Origin: Nitrospirota bacterium
GTDB taxonomy: Bacteria > Nitrospirota > UBA9217
DNA: 25,508 nt
Direction: 5' to 3'
NCBI GenBank assembly: GCA_036391375.1
Contig: DASWAB010000161.1
Span: forward strand, 1 to 25,508
Part shown: positions 8,734-15,801 of the stretch, piece by piece
How the letters are laid out: the number at the start of each line of letters is the position of its first letter
Numbering within the stretch: position 1 is the first letter of the stretch
The notes under the pieces: generated by a model
What the model saw: only the letters and a program-made list of their open reading frames with translations
Told to the model about the DNA's origin: nothing
The model's database searches: none
Program-made: the position numbers and the translations under genes

Positions 8734-10375
8734 ATTGATCAAAAACAACCTTTCCCCATTCTGAGTTGGGCCTTCCATAATCGGGGATCGTTATCTCCAT
8801 GTCCCCGTAGCAGTACGGGTATTCTTTCCGCATGCGTTCGGCGGGAACCGTCCAGCGGTATCCGTCCGCGATCAGCACAAGTCCTCCCACGATCATGACC
8901 GCGTTAAAGACCGTCCAGCCGGGCGAAGCGACGCCGAAATACGCCATCAGCCCCGCGCCGACCGACGTAATGCTCATGCCTGTTCTGATGTACGCCATGC
9001 CCGTGCGGGAAACTGCCATGACCGTCCGGAGCCTCGCCATGACGCCGCGCCGGTCGGCAAGCACCGTCCGTTCGAGAGCGTGGCCCGTCGTGGCCCAGAT
9101 GCCGGGCTTTTGGGCCGCGGTAACAGGCGGCCCAGGCCTGTCCCTTCCCGGTCCGGAGCGTTTGTGCCCGAGTGGAAATACGAGGTCCCAGATAGTTTCC
9201 TTGTTGAGCGCATCAAGCACGGAGCGCCGCCCTTCGATTCCGGACCTGCGCCCGCCGAAATACCAGTAAAAGCCCTCGGCGGACATGAGAATGCCCGCCC
9301 CAATCAGCGCCACATCGAAGACCGACCACGCCGTCCATGCGCTGGCTTCGAACTGTCGCATCAACCCTATCCCGAGCCCTGCAAAGGCGATTCCGGTGCG
9401 CGTAAAGGCGAGACCGGTCCGCGCACGGGCAAGCCTTGTCCGATGCCCGGCCAGCGAGGTCCGCTCCTCCGCCATGTCCGTCCGGTCGCTGGCCAGGAAC
9501 CTCCGCCGCATGACCGGCGACAGGTTCTCCCATCCGGCCCGGAGCTCGGCAGCGCCCTGTACCTCTTCGGTCCTGCTGATGACGGGCCGTCCGTTCCTCA
9601 CGTCAGCATTGAGCACGCAGGTGCCCCATGTCGGCTTCGTGCTGGACGAATCGACCGGTTTCGCGGCGATCTTTCGCGCGGGCAGATACCATTTGATCCC
9701 ATCATAAACCATGATGATGCCGGCCACGAAGAGCGGCGCTTCCAGGAAGAGATAAAAACCGGAGCCCACCACGCGCAGGAACAGCAGCGAGATGACGATG
9801 AAGGAGACGCCGGTCCGGATGAAAGCGAGTCCGGTCCTTCCCTTGGCGAACAGCGTCCGGTAATGGGCATAGGTGGACCTGCGGTAGGCTAAAAACGTCC
9901 TGACGCGCGCGAGCGGCGTCCTCCCGCCGCAGCCGGCGAAGCGGGGGTTCACGTCGAAATTGTGTTCGATGATGCGGATGATGTCATGAGGAAGCGCGAC
10001 GCGGAAATCAACATGGTCCACGTCAAGCGTCTTTCTGATGTCCTCCGCGACGCGGGGGTTGTCAGGCCGGTAGGCGATGACCTCGGCGCGCTTTTCCCTG
10101 ACCGAGAGCGGGAACCAGAGGGCCTGTTTAAGCTTCTCCAGGTCGAGACGCAGCACAAGATAATATGAAGCGATCACGCTTTCCTCATACTCCACGAAGG
10201 GGAGCCCGTAATATTCCGACAGGGAGAAAAGGACCTCGTGTTTCGGCACCCCGCGTTCGATCAGGATATCTTCAATCGCAACGCCGGAAGCGGTTGCCTC
10301 CAGCGCGCATTTTTCGAGCTCGCTCCGGGAAAGCAGCCCTCGTCTTATAAGTCTTTCAAATTTGTTCATATCCAT
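8723..10375 (-). CDS. MshEN/T2SSE_N-like domain fused to three DUF202-like membrane repeats (protein A, 550 aa)
   Basis: N-terminus KFERLIRRGLLSRSEL..IEDILIERGVPKHEVLFSLSEYYGLPFVEY..WFPL..VIAYRPDN; three Arg-heptad/RTG[LM]A[FY]xRTG repeats, each followed by two TM-like helices. The start could be 10375 or 10369. Confidence 0.8.
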   Translation of the reverse strand: MDMNKFERLIRRGLLSRSELEKCALEATASGVAIEDILIERGVPKHEVLFSLSEYYGLPFVEYEESVIASYYLVLRLDLEKLKQALWFPLSVREKRAEVIAYRPDNPRVAEDIRKTLDVDHVDFRVALPHDIIRIIEHNFDVNPRFAGCGGRTPLARVRTFLAYRRSTYAHYRTLFAKGRTGLAFIRTGVSFIVISLLFLRVVGSGFYLFLEAPLFVAGIIMVYDGIKWYLPARKIAAKPVDSSSTKPTWGTCVLNADVRNGRPVISRTEEVQGAAELRAGWENLSPVMRRRFLASDRTDMAEERTSLAGHRTRLARARTGLAFTRTGIAFAGLGIGLMRQFEASAWTAWSVFDVALIGAGILMSAEGFYWYFGGRRSGIEGRRSVLDALNKETIWDLVFPLGHKRSGPGRDRPGPPVTAAQKPGIWATTGHALERTVLADRRGVMARLRTVMAVSRTGMAYIRTGMSITSVGAGLMAYFGVASPGWTVFNAVMIVGGLVLIADGYRWTVPAERMRKEYPYCYGDMEITIPDYGRPNSEWGKVVFDQYAK

Positions 10376-10452
10376 ACGCTTTTACGTCCACCGGAAAAAA
10401 GAAAGAGGAAAGGCGCTGTGGAAAGAATTGTGCCGGCGTGCCGGGGGAAAGA

Positions 10453-10474
10453 GGGAGACGCAGTTGCGTCTCCC
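10453..10474 (-). terminator. Strong hairpin after the USP genes (partial terminator or processing stem)
   Basis: GGGAGACGC-AGTT-GCGTCTCCC just downstream of the USP stop; only a weak U-tract (CUCUUU) on the minus strand. Confidence 0.4.
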
Positions 10475-10484
10475 CGCAACGCAG

Positions 10485-10907
10485 TTACACTCCGACGATG
10501 TATACCGGGCAGGGCGCGCGGTCGATAACTTTTTCCACGACATGATCGCCGAACAGCCTGCTCCAGATGTCTTTTTTCTTTTTCGATCCCATGATGATAA
10601 GATCGCACTTTTCCTCTTCCGCCACTTCAACAATTTTTTGCGACACATCGCCTTCTTCAAGCCTCGTCTTGATCAGCGCGCCCTCGACGGCCGCCATTTT
10701 GCGCGCCTCGGAAACGGCCTTGTCCCCCCCGTCGTCCAGCACATCGTCCAGGTTCTTGATGCCCGTCAGGTTCAGGTCTCCCTCCCAGGGCTGGACGACT
10801 TTCACCACGGTAATCCAGGTTTTCTCGTCTTGGGCGAGCCTGATGCCCTGTTCAAGGACTTTCTTGCGCCCGTTCAGGGCAATGAGGACTTTTCGATACC
10901 CCTTCAT
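10485..10907 (-). CDS. Universal stress protein, single domain, lacking the ATP-binding motif
   Basis: MKGYRKVLIAL..DLIIMGS..VVEKVIDRAPCPVYIV. The real start ATG 10907 has a GAGGTG SD; the 406-aa ORF-track entry includes a spurious N-terminal extension. Confidence 0.88.
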   Translation of the reverse strand: MKGYRKVLIALNGRKKVLEQGIRLAQDEKTWITVVKVVQPWEGDLNLTGIKNLDDVLDDGGDKAVSEARKMAAVEGALIKTRLEEGDVSQKIVEVAEEEKCDLIIMGSKKKKDIWSRLFGDHVVEKVIDRAPCPVYIVGV

Positions 10908-10912
10908 GATTT

Positions 10913-11776
10913 TCACCTCGCAATCAATACGGGACAGGAGGCCTGGGCGATGATCCTCTCCGCCGTGCTCCCCAGAATGGCCTTGTTCACGCCGCGCCAC
11001 CCGTGCGTCCCCATGACAATGAGATCGTTTTTCAGTTTCGCGGATATATCCAGAATCTTCTCGTCCGCCCTTCCCTCCTGGACCACCGCCTTGATCTGCG
11101 CCCCGAGCCCCGCTGCCAGTTTTTTGGCGTCTTCGACGATTTTTTCCGCCGCCTGGTAGAGGGACTTCGTGATGGACTCGGTCTTGATGAAATCCATCAT
11201 TTCCTCGTACCGGGGGATCACGTAGAGGACCGAAATCTCGGCGCCATCGGCCCTCGACAGGGCGCAGGCCCGTGACAGGGCCTTCTTGCTCGAGTCGGAC
11301 CCGTCGAAGGGAACCAGAAGGGACGCATAGCTGCCGGCGCACGAGGTGCAGGGTTTTTTCACGATCAGAACATCGCAGGGCGATTTCAGGATCACCTGCG
11401 AAGTCACGCTGCCCATGAGCAGCCGCTTGAGCCCCCGCCTGCCGTATGTCCCCAGGGCGATGAGTTCGGCCTTCGTTTCCCGCGCGGTGTCCACGATGAC
11501 TTCCGGCGGCTCCCCCTCGCAGACAAGCGACTCGACGCTGCCGTCCAAGCCGAAGTCGGACAGGAGCGCGCTCTTCGCCTGACGGCACATTCCCGCGCCA
11601 AGCTCCAGCCTCGTCTCCATCTGCGAGGGCAGGATGGCGAATTCCTCCTTGTCGAAATACACTGCATGGACGAGCGAAATCCTGCCGCCGTGCTTCTTTA
11701 TCCAATGGGCGGCCTCCGAAAGGGCGGCCTTGCTGAATGCCGATTCATCAAAACCGACGACGATGGAGTTATACAT
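10913..11776 (-). CDS. Universal stress protein, tandem domain
   Basis: Two USP folds, both with G-x2-G-x9-GS (GTYGRRGLKRLLMGS and GTHGWRGVNKAILGS); TAATG overlap with the upstream gene. Confidence 0.92.
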   Translation of the reverse strand: MYNSIVVGFDESAFSKAALSEAAHWIKKHGGRISLVHAVYFDKEEFAILPSQMETRLELGAGMCRQAKSALLSDFGLDGSVESLVCEGEPPEVIVDTARETKAELIALGTYGRRGLKRLLMGSVTSQVILKSPCDVLIVKKPCTSCAGSYASLLVPFDGSDSSKKALSRACALSRADGAEISVLYVIPRYEEMMDFIKTESITKSLYQAAEKIVEDAKKLAAGLGAQIKAVVQEGRADEKILDISAKLKNDLIVMGTHGWRGVNKAILGSTAERIIAQASCPVLIAR

Positions 11777-12609
11777 TAATGAGCGCCTCCGCCTTTTCTG
11801 AATACCAGGCCCACGCCGAACCCGGCGCCCAAAGCCATGCCGATCGAAAGCAGCCCGTAGAATGCGGCGTTGTTTTTGGCCATGGTCGCCAGCGACTTGA
11901 CGATGCCGACCTGTTCCACGTTCACTTTTGTTTCCGCCTGTTCCATGACCTTGTTGTCTTTTACCGCGTAGACCGTCACGAGGTAATCGCCCGGCGCGGC
12001 CTGGTAGGGCCAGTCGGTCAGGATATAATATTCCTGACGTCCGTTCGGCAGCGACGTGGTCGTGATCTTTCCGGCCAAGGAAGCGTACACCTTCGAGTCT
12101 TCCTTATACCTGATAAACTCATTGAACCATTTTATCTTTTCTTCCCCGCTTGCGGCGGGGCTGATCTCCACGTGCTTTGCGAGCGCCGGGTATCCGAGCA
12201 GGTATTTTTCACGCTCGTCCTGCGCCAGGATATCGTCGATCTTCTTCGTGCTGAACACCTCGTAGAAGTTCGGCGTGTTTTCAAATTTGAGCTGCCCGAC
12301 GTTCATCCAGAGCATGCCGCCGACCTTTCCCTTCTGCTTCATCACCTGGTGCCCTTCGGGAGAGGTGATCTTGATGATCAGGTCTACGCCCGAGTCCGCC
12401 TCGCCCTTTACGCTCACCGAGCCTCCATGGTAAAAAAAGCCGATGGTAATGTGATCATGGTTCGCCTTGGCCGTGAGCATGGCCGATGCCGGTTTGGCGC
12501 TGACGAGCTGGAACAGGGAAAACAAGAGCATGAGCGCCAGTGCCCCTAAGACCCTTGCATTGCCGAAGAGCCTGGCGTAGTAAGCCAACGAGTGAATGTG
12601 AATATGCAT
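11776..12609 (-). CDS. TIGR02186-like (Alph_Pro_TM) membrane-anchored partner of the TSUP transporter
   Basis: N-terminal signal/TM, soluble region (ITIGFFYHG..V.V.G..GKVGGMLWMN..APGDY.V.VYA), C-terminal TM. Coupled to the TSUP gene by a TAATG overlap; position is typical for this family. Confidence 0.75.
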   Translation of the reverse strand: MHIHIHSLAYYARLFGNARVLGALALMLLFSLFQLVSAKPASAMLTAKANHDHITIGFFYHGGSVSVKGEADSGVDLIIKITSPEGHQVMKQKGKVGGMLWMNVGQLKFENTPNFYEVFSTKKIDDILAQDEREKYLLGYPALAKHVEISPAASGEEKIKWFNEFIRYKEDSKVYASLAGKITTTSLPNGRQEYYILTDWPYQAAPGDYLVTVYAVKDNKVMEQAETKVNVEQVGIVKSLATMAKNNAAFYGLLSIGMALGAGFGVGLVFRKGGGAH

Positions 12610-13532
12610 TAGTGTCCTCCTGCCTGTGAGATGAGTAATGATGGAGTCAACGTCAGTTCGAAGACGATCTTTATGGTCACAACGAGCACGATGCACGCCA
12701 GAAGGATCTTGAGCTGGTCGGCCTTGAGTTTCCTGCCGAATACCGCGCCGATCTGCGCGCCGATGGTGGAGCCCAGGAGCAGCAGGACCGCAAGGATGAA
12801 GTCCACGCTGTGGTTCGTGTAGGCCTGCAGGAACGTGACCTCGATGCAGGTGAAAAGGATCTGGAACAGGCTCGTGCCCACGACGACGTGCATCGGCATC
12901 CGGAGCATGTAGACCATGATCGGCACCATCAAAAACCCGCCTCCCACGCCCATGATCGCGGCAAGCACGCCGACGAACCCGCCGAGCACGATCGGCACCA
13001 GGATGGAATGGGTGATGCCGGACTTTTCAAAATGGGTCTGAAGCGGGAGCGATTTCAGGAACCTGCCGACGGCCGACTCCTTTTCTTCCTTCGGCGCCGC
13101 GACCGCATCCTTTTTCTTCTTCATGCTCTGGAGGCTTTCGATGAACATGTAAACGCCCACGATGCCGAGCATGAGCACATAAGTCATCTTGATCACGAAG
13201 TCCGCGTTGCCCATGGCATGGAGCAGCTTGATGGCCTGAACGCCCACGAGGCCTCCCAGGAACCCGCCGACAAGCAGATAGATGCCCATCTTGAAGTCCA
13301 CGTTGCCGACCTTCCAGTGCGCATAGGTCCCGGAGGTTGACGCCGCCACGATCTGGTTCGAATCCGTCGCCGCCGCAACGGTCGAAGGGATGCCGAACAT
13401 GATAAGAAGCGGGGTCATGAGAAAACCGCCGCCCACGCCGAAGAGGCCGGAAAGCAGCCCAACGGCGAGCCCGAGCCCTACCGGGATCAGGATGTTGATA
13501 CTCGTCAATGCTACAGGTAGATACAGATACAT
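12609..13532 (-). CDS. TSUP (TauE/SafE family) transporter 1; substrate unknown
   Basis: Highly hydrophobic with the two pseudo-repeat motifs GLFGVGGGFLMTP and AAIMGVGGGFLMVP, plus VVVGTSLFQ; AAGGAG SD. Confidence 0.92.
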   Translation of the reverse strand: MYLYLPVALTSINILIPVGLGLAVGLLSGLFGVGGGFLMTPLLIMFGIPSTVAAATDSNQIVAASTSGTYAHWKVGNVDFKMGIYLLVGGFLGGLVGVQAIKLLHAMGNADFVIKMTYVLMLGIVGVYMFIESLQSMKKKKDAVAAPKEEKESAVGRFLKSLPLQTHFEKSGITHSILVPIVLGGFVGVLAAIMGVGGGFLMVPIMVYMLRMPMHVVVGTSLFQILFTCIEVTFLQAYTNHSVDFILAVLLLLGSTIGAQIGAVFGRKLKADQLKILLACIVLVVTIKIVFELTLTPSLLISQAGGH

Positions 13533-13580
13533 CTTTCACGCTCCTTTTTAGATGAAATTTCTAAGAACGAAGTACGGGAC

Positions 13581-13646
13581 TCTGAACACCATCGGCACGC
13601 AAACGGCGCTCGGCATTGTGCGTTTCACGATGCGATGCTGTTCAGA
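13581..13646. other. 66-nt imperfect inverted repeat upstream of TSUP 1
   Basis: On the transcript strand: UCUGAACA/UGUUCAGA, CAUCG/CGAUG, GCA/UGC, CGU/GCG and AAACG/CGUUU stacked with small bulges. Confidence 0.45.
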
Positions 13647-13672
13647 AATCCGATATTCGCCATTAGCATTTG

Positions 13673-14167
13673 CTACGCCATCACGGTCTGCTTCGTCATG
13701 GTCACGATCGGCCTCGACGCGGTCCGGACGAGCCGGCTCAAGTCCCTGGCCGAGACGTTTCCATTGCCGGTCACCGCGGGACTCAGAACCACCTTGTCGA
13801 TCCCGGCATGGCCCTTGAGGAACGTCCGTATGCCCGAAACCGGGTCCTGGTCCGTTTCCTCAATGTTGACCTGGACGCCCTCTGCGCGGCATTTTTCCAC
13901 GAGCCCCGCCATTATCATCTCGTGCCTTTTTTCGGCGTCATCTGAACCGCCCGCCATGATCCGGCGCGCTGTCTCATGCTCATCAGCTTCGGCGAAGGTC
14001 ACGGCGGTCATCAGGTCCCCCAGCTTCTCCATGAGGTTGGTCTGCTTCCAGACCAGCAGAAAGGTAATGTCTTCATACATCGCCTTTGCCAGCTCAATTG
14101 CGTACGAAACGCCCTCTTCGATGTTCTCATCACGGTACGTAACGAACAGCAACTGTCTCTTTCCCAT
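13673..14167 (-). CDS. Conserved hypothetical, degenerate USP-like fold with internal AVTFAEADEHETAR motif (164 aa)
   Basis: Beta-alpha-beta start (LLFVTY..SYAIELAKA..ITFLLV); AAGGAGG SD before ATG 14167. The ORF-track start 14227 lies in the sigma54 promoter. Confidence 0.7.
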   Translation of the reverse strand: MGKRQLLFVTYRDENIEEGVSYAIELAKAMYEDITFLLVWKQTNLMEKLGDLMTAVTFAEADEHETARRIMAGGSDDAEKRHEMIMAGLVEKCRAEGVQVNIEETDQDPVSGIRTFLKGHAGIDKVVLSPAVTGNGNVSARDLSRLVRTASRPIVTMTKQTVMA

Positions 14168-14210
14168 ACAAGGTCCCTCCTTGCCTTTAAACGTACTTAT
14201 TGCATATAAT

Positions 14211-14226
14211 TGCAACATGGGTGCCA
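14211..14226 (-). promoter_or_regulatory. Sigma54 (-24/-12) promoter, cassette I
   Basis: Minus strand TGGCAC-CCATG-TTGCA is a perfect match to TGGCAC-N5-TTGCW, ending 43 nt upstream of the first gene. Confidence 0.85.
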
Positions 14227-14231
14227 ATACA

Positions 14232-14244
14232 TAACATATTGTTT
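14232..14244 (-). promoter_or_regulatory. Possible IHF site, cassette I
   Basis: AAACAA-TATG-TTA versus WATCAA-N4-TTR (1 mismatch), at about -32 to -44 in an A/T-rich tract. Confidence 0.45.
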
Positions 14245-14279
14245 TTTTACATTAATTTTAATTAAGAGCATATTTACTG

Positions 14280-14296
14280 TGTTTCATATTTGAACG
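14280..14296. promoter_or_regulatory. Candidate enhancer (UAS) site
   Basis: TGTTTCA-TAT-TTGAACG resembles the 17-bp pseudo-palindrome seen upstream of both sigma54 promoters. Confidence 0.3.
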
Positions 14297-14432
14297 ATGA
14301 TGAACACCATGGGGCATGCAAAAGGATACATTGCATCGAAAAAAGTGATTTAAGGCTTTATTTATGAGAGTGGGCGCGTATAATCAGGGGCTTGACTGAA
14401 TGAATCAGGATGGGGTTTACTGATGATAATAT

Positions 14433-14449
14433 TGTTTAAATTTGGAACA
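14433..14449. promoter_or_regulatory. Candidate enhancer (UAS) site
   Basis: TGTTTAA-ATT-TGGAACA. Confidence 0.35.
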
Positions 14450-14529
14450 AAGATATTGCCTTTTCGGGATACTGGATTTAACGCGCCTGACGGGGACATT
14501 CATTTTTTTGCTCAATGCAGCTCAACCAC

Positions 14530-14558
14530 TTGACAAGCCCATTCTGTTCCGTTAACAT
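14530..14558 (+). promoter_or_regulatory. Putative sigma70 promoter for the hypothetical ORF and pal
   Basis: TTGACA (14530-14535), N17, TAACAT (14553-14558). An isolated TATAAT is also present at 14577-14582. Confidence 0.55.
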
Positions 14559-14600
14559 GCGCCGACACTACGACTCTATAATCAATTTCAGAGTTCATTT

Positions 14601-15035
14601 ATGATCTCAGGCAAAAAACAGGCATTCAGAATATTCCTCATCTACTTTTTCATTTACGCGATTTCCCCCCTGACCTATACCGTTGTTCCCGGCGCAGATG
14701 TTGGAGAAAGCAAAAGCGCGCCGAAAGGAACCGCTTCGGTCAGAGAAAACGCCCGTTTATTGCTCTGGGAATTCATCATCGGCGAAATGGCCGCGAAAGA
14801 AGACGCTTCGCCCCATCAGGAAAAAGAGGTCATCATCAGGAAAAAACGCGCAATCATGCCGGAGGACGAGGCTGCAAAATTGTTCCCGGTCGAAAAAACG
14901 TTCACGCCGAAAAGCGGCTGGATATTTTCCATCCGATCAACGCTGAAGAGAAACAATTCCTCCATCGTACCGCAGGGCACCCGTGAAGGGTTTCACCCTC
15001 TCTATGCGGGCCACTCACCTCCGGTTTTGTCATAG
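14601..15035 (+). CDS. Hypothetical protein (144 aa) with an N-terminal hydrophobic segment and C-terminal GHSPP
   Basis: The ORF fills the space between the promoter and pal. FRIFLIYFFIYAISP is a TM/signal-like segment. No family recognised and no clear SD. Confidence 0.55.
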   Translation: MISGKKQAFRIFLIYFFIYAISPLTYTVVPGADVGESKSAPKGTASVRENARLLLWEFIIGEMAAKEDASPHQEKEVIIRKKRAIMPEDEAAKLFPVEKTFTPKSGWIFSIRSTLKRNNSSIVPQGTREGFHPLYAGHSPPVLS

Positions 15036-15181
15036 AAATCCGTCACGGTATCGTCCCAACTCGTCCGGTACAAGCTGTCTGCCGGCGGCGCAATGCGGCA
15101 ATTTGTCCTGCGCCCGGCCCCCGGCATGCGCTTCACGGACGGAACAAATCCATTATTCTGACACAACGAGGAGAACTCATA

Positions 15182-15724
15182 ATGAAAAAGAACAGCATAC
15201 TTTACTACGGAGTCGTTTTGACGATAAGTTTGTTCGCCCTCTGGGGCTGCCCCAAGAAGGCGGAAGTAACCGCCTCCCCGGAAACGCAAAACAGCGGGGC
15301 GGCGACTGCGGCGAAAACCCCGCAGGCCGACACGCAACCGGTCAGGGAGCGGGAAAGCGGGGCGACAGAGCAGGCCTCCCCAGTCCAAACAGGCCTTCAG
15401 CCGGTGTACTTCGACTATGACAAGTCCTTCATCCGCGACGATGCCAGGCAGGCCATGAAGAGCAACGTCGCGTGGCTCAAGTCGCATCCCGCGGCCAAGA
15501 TCAAAATCGAAGGCAACTGCGACGAGCGCGGGACCAGGGAGTATAACCAGGCGCTCGGCCAGCGCCGCGCCGCAAGCGCAAAGAAATTTCTGACGGACGG
15601 AGGGATCGCGGCAGGCCGGATATCCCTCATCAGCTACGGAAAGGAAAAACCGATGTGCAGTGAAGGCGCCGAGAGCTGCTGGCAGAAAAACAGGAGGGAC
15701 GATTTTATCGCGGTAAACAAATAG
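15182..15724 (+). CDS. pal: Peptidoglycan-associated lipoprotein (OmpA-like C domain)
   Basis: Lipobox-like LWGC, flexible linker, VYFDYDKS, IEGNCDERGTREYNQALGQRRA, ISYGKEKP and NRR; GAGGAG SD. Confidence 0.9.
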   Translation: MKKNSILYYGVVLTISLFALWGCPKKAEVTASPETQNSGAATAAKTPQADTQPVRERESGATEQASPVQTGLQPVYFDYDKSFIRDDARQAMKSNVAWLKSHPAAKIKIEGNCDERGTREYNQALGQRRAASAKKFLTDGGIAAGRISLISYGKEKPMCSEGAESCWQKNRRDDFIAVNK

Positions 15725-15737
15725 CGGCGGAATTGAA

Positions 15738-15785
15738 CGGCGTGAATCTGCGGCGGCAGCGCCGCAGGTTCATGCCGCGCTTTTT
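15738..15785 (+). terminator. Intrinsic terminator after pal
   Basis: 18-bp stem CGGCGUGAAUCUGCGGCG/CGCCGCAGGUUCAUGCCG with two G-U pairs that work only on the + strand, GCAG loop, followed by CGCUUUUU. Confidence 0.7.
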
Positions 15786-15801
15786 CCTCCGGGAAAGAAT
15801 C

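Noticed and set aside
7492-10375. Annotating proteins A and B as GspE/PilB ATPases
   Set aside because: Only the N-terminal domain is similar; there are no Walker motifs or ATPase domain.
10908-11705. N-terminal 265 aa of the 406-aa ORF, suggesting a large USP fusion
   Set aside because: It is an alternative frame of the tandem USP gene; the real protein starts at ATG 10907 with a good SD.
11776-12611. Gly-Gly-(Ala)-His C-termini of TSUP 1 and its partner as a ubiquitin-like or sorting motif
   Set aside because: They arise from the GGAGG-type SD and TAATG overlap needed for the next gene.
14228-14600. AT-rich tracts (also 21890-22090) as signs of horizontal transfer or a mobile element
   Set aside because: They are explained as divergent promoter and enhancer regions; no integrase, transposase, att site or terminal repeats were seen.
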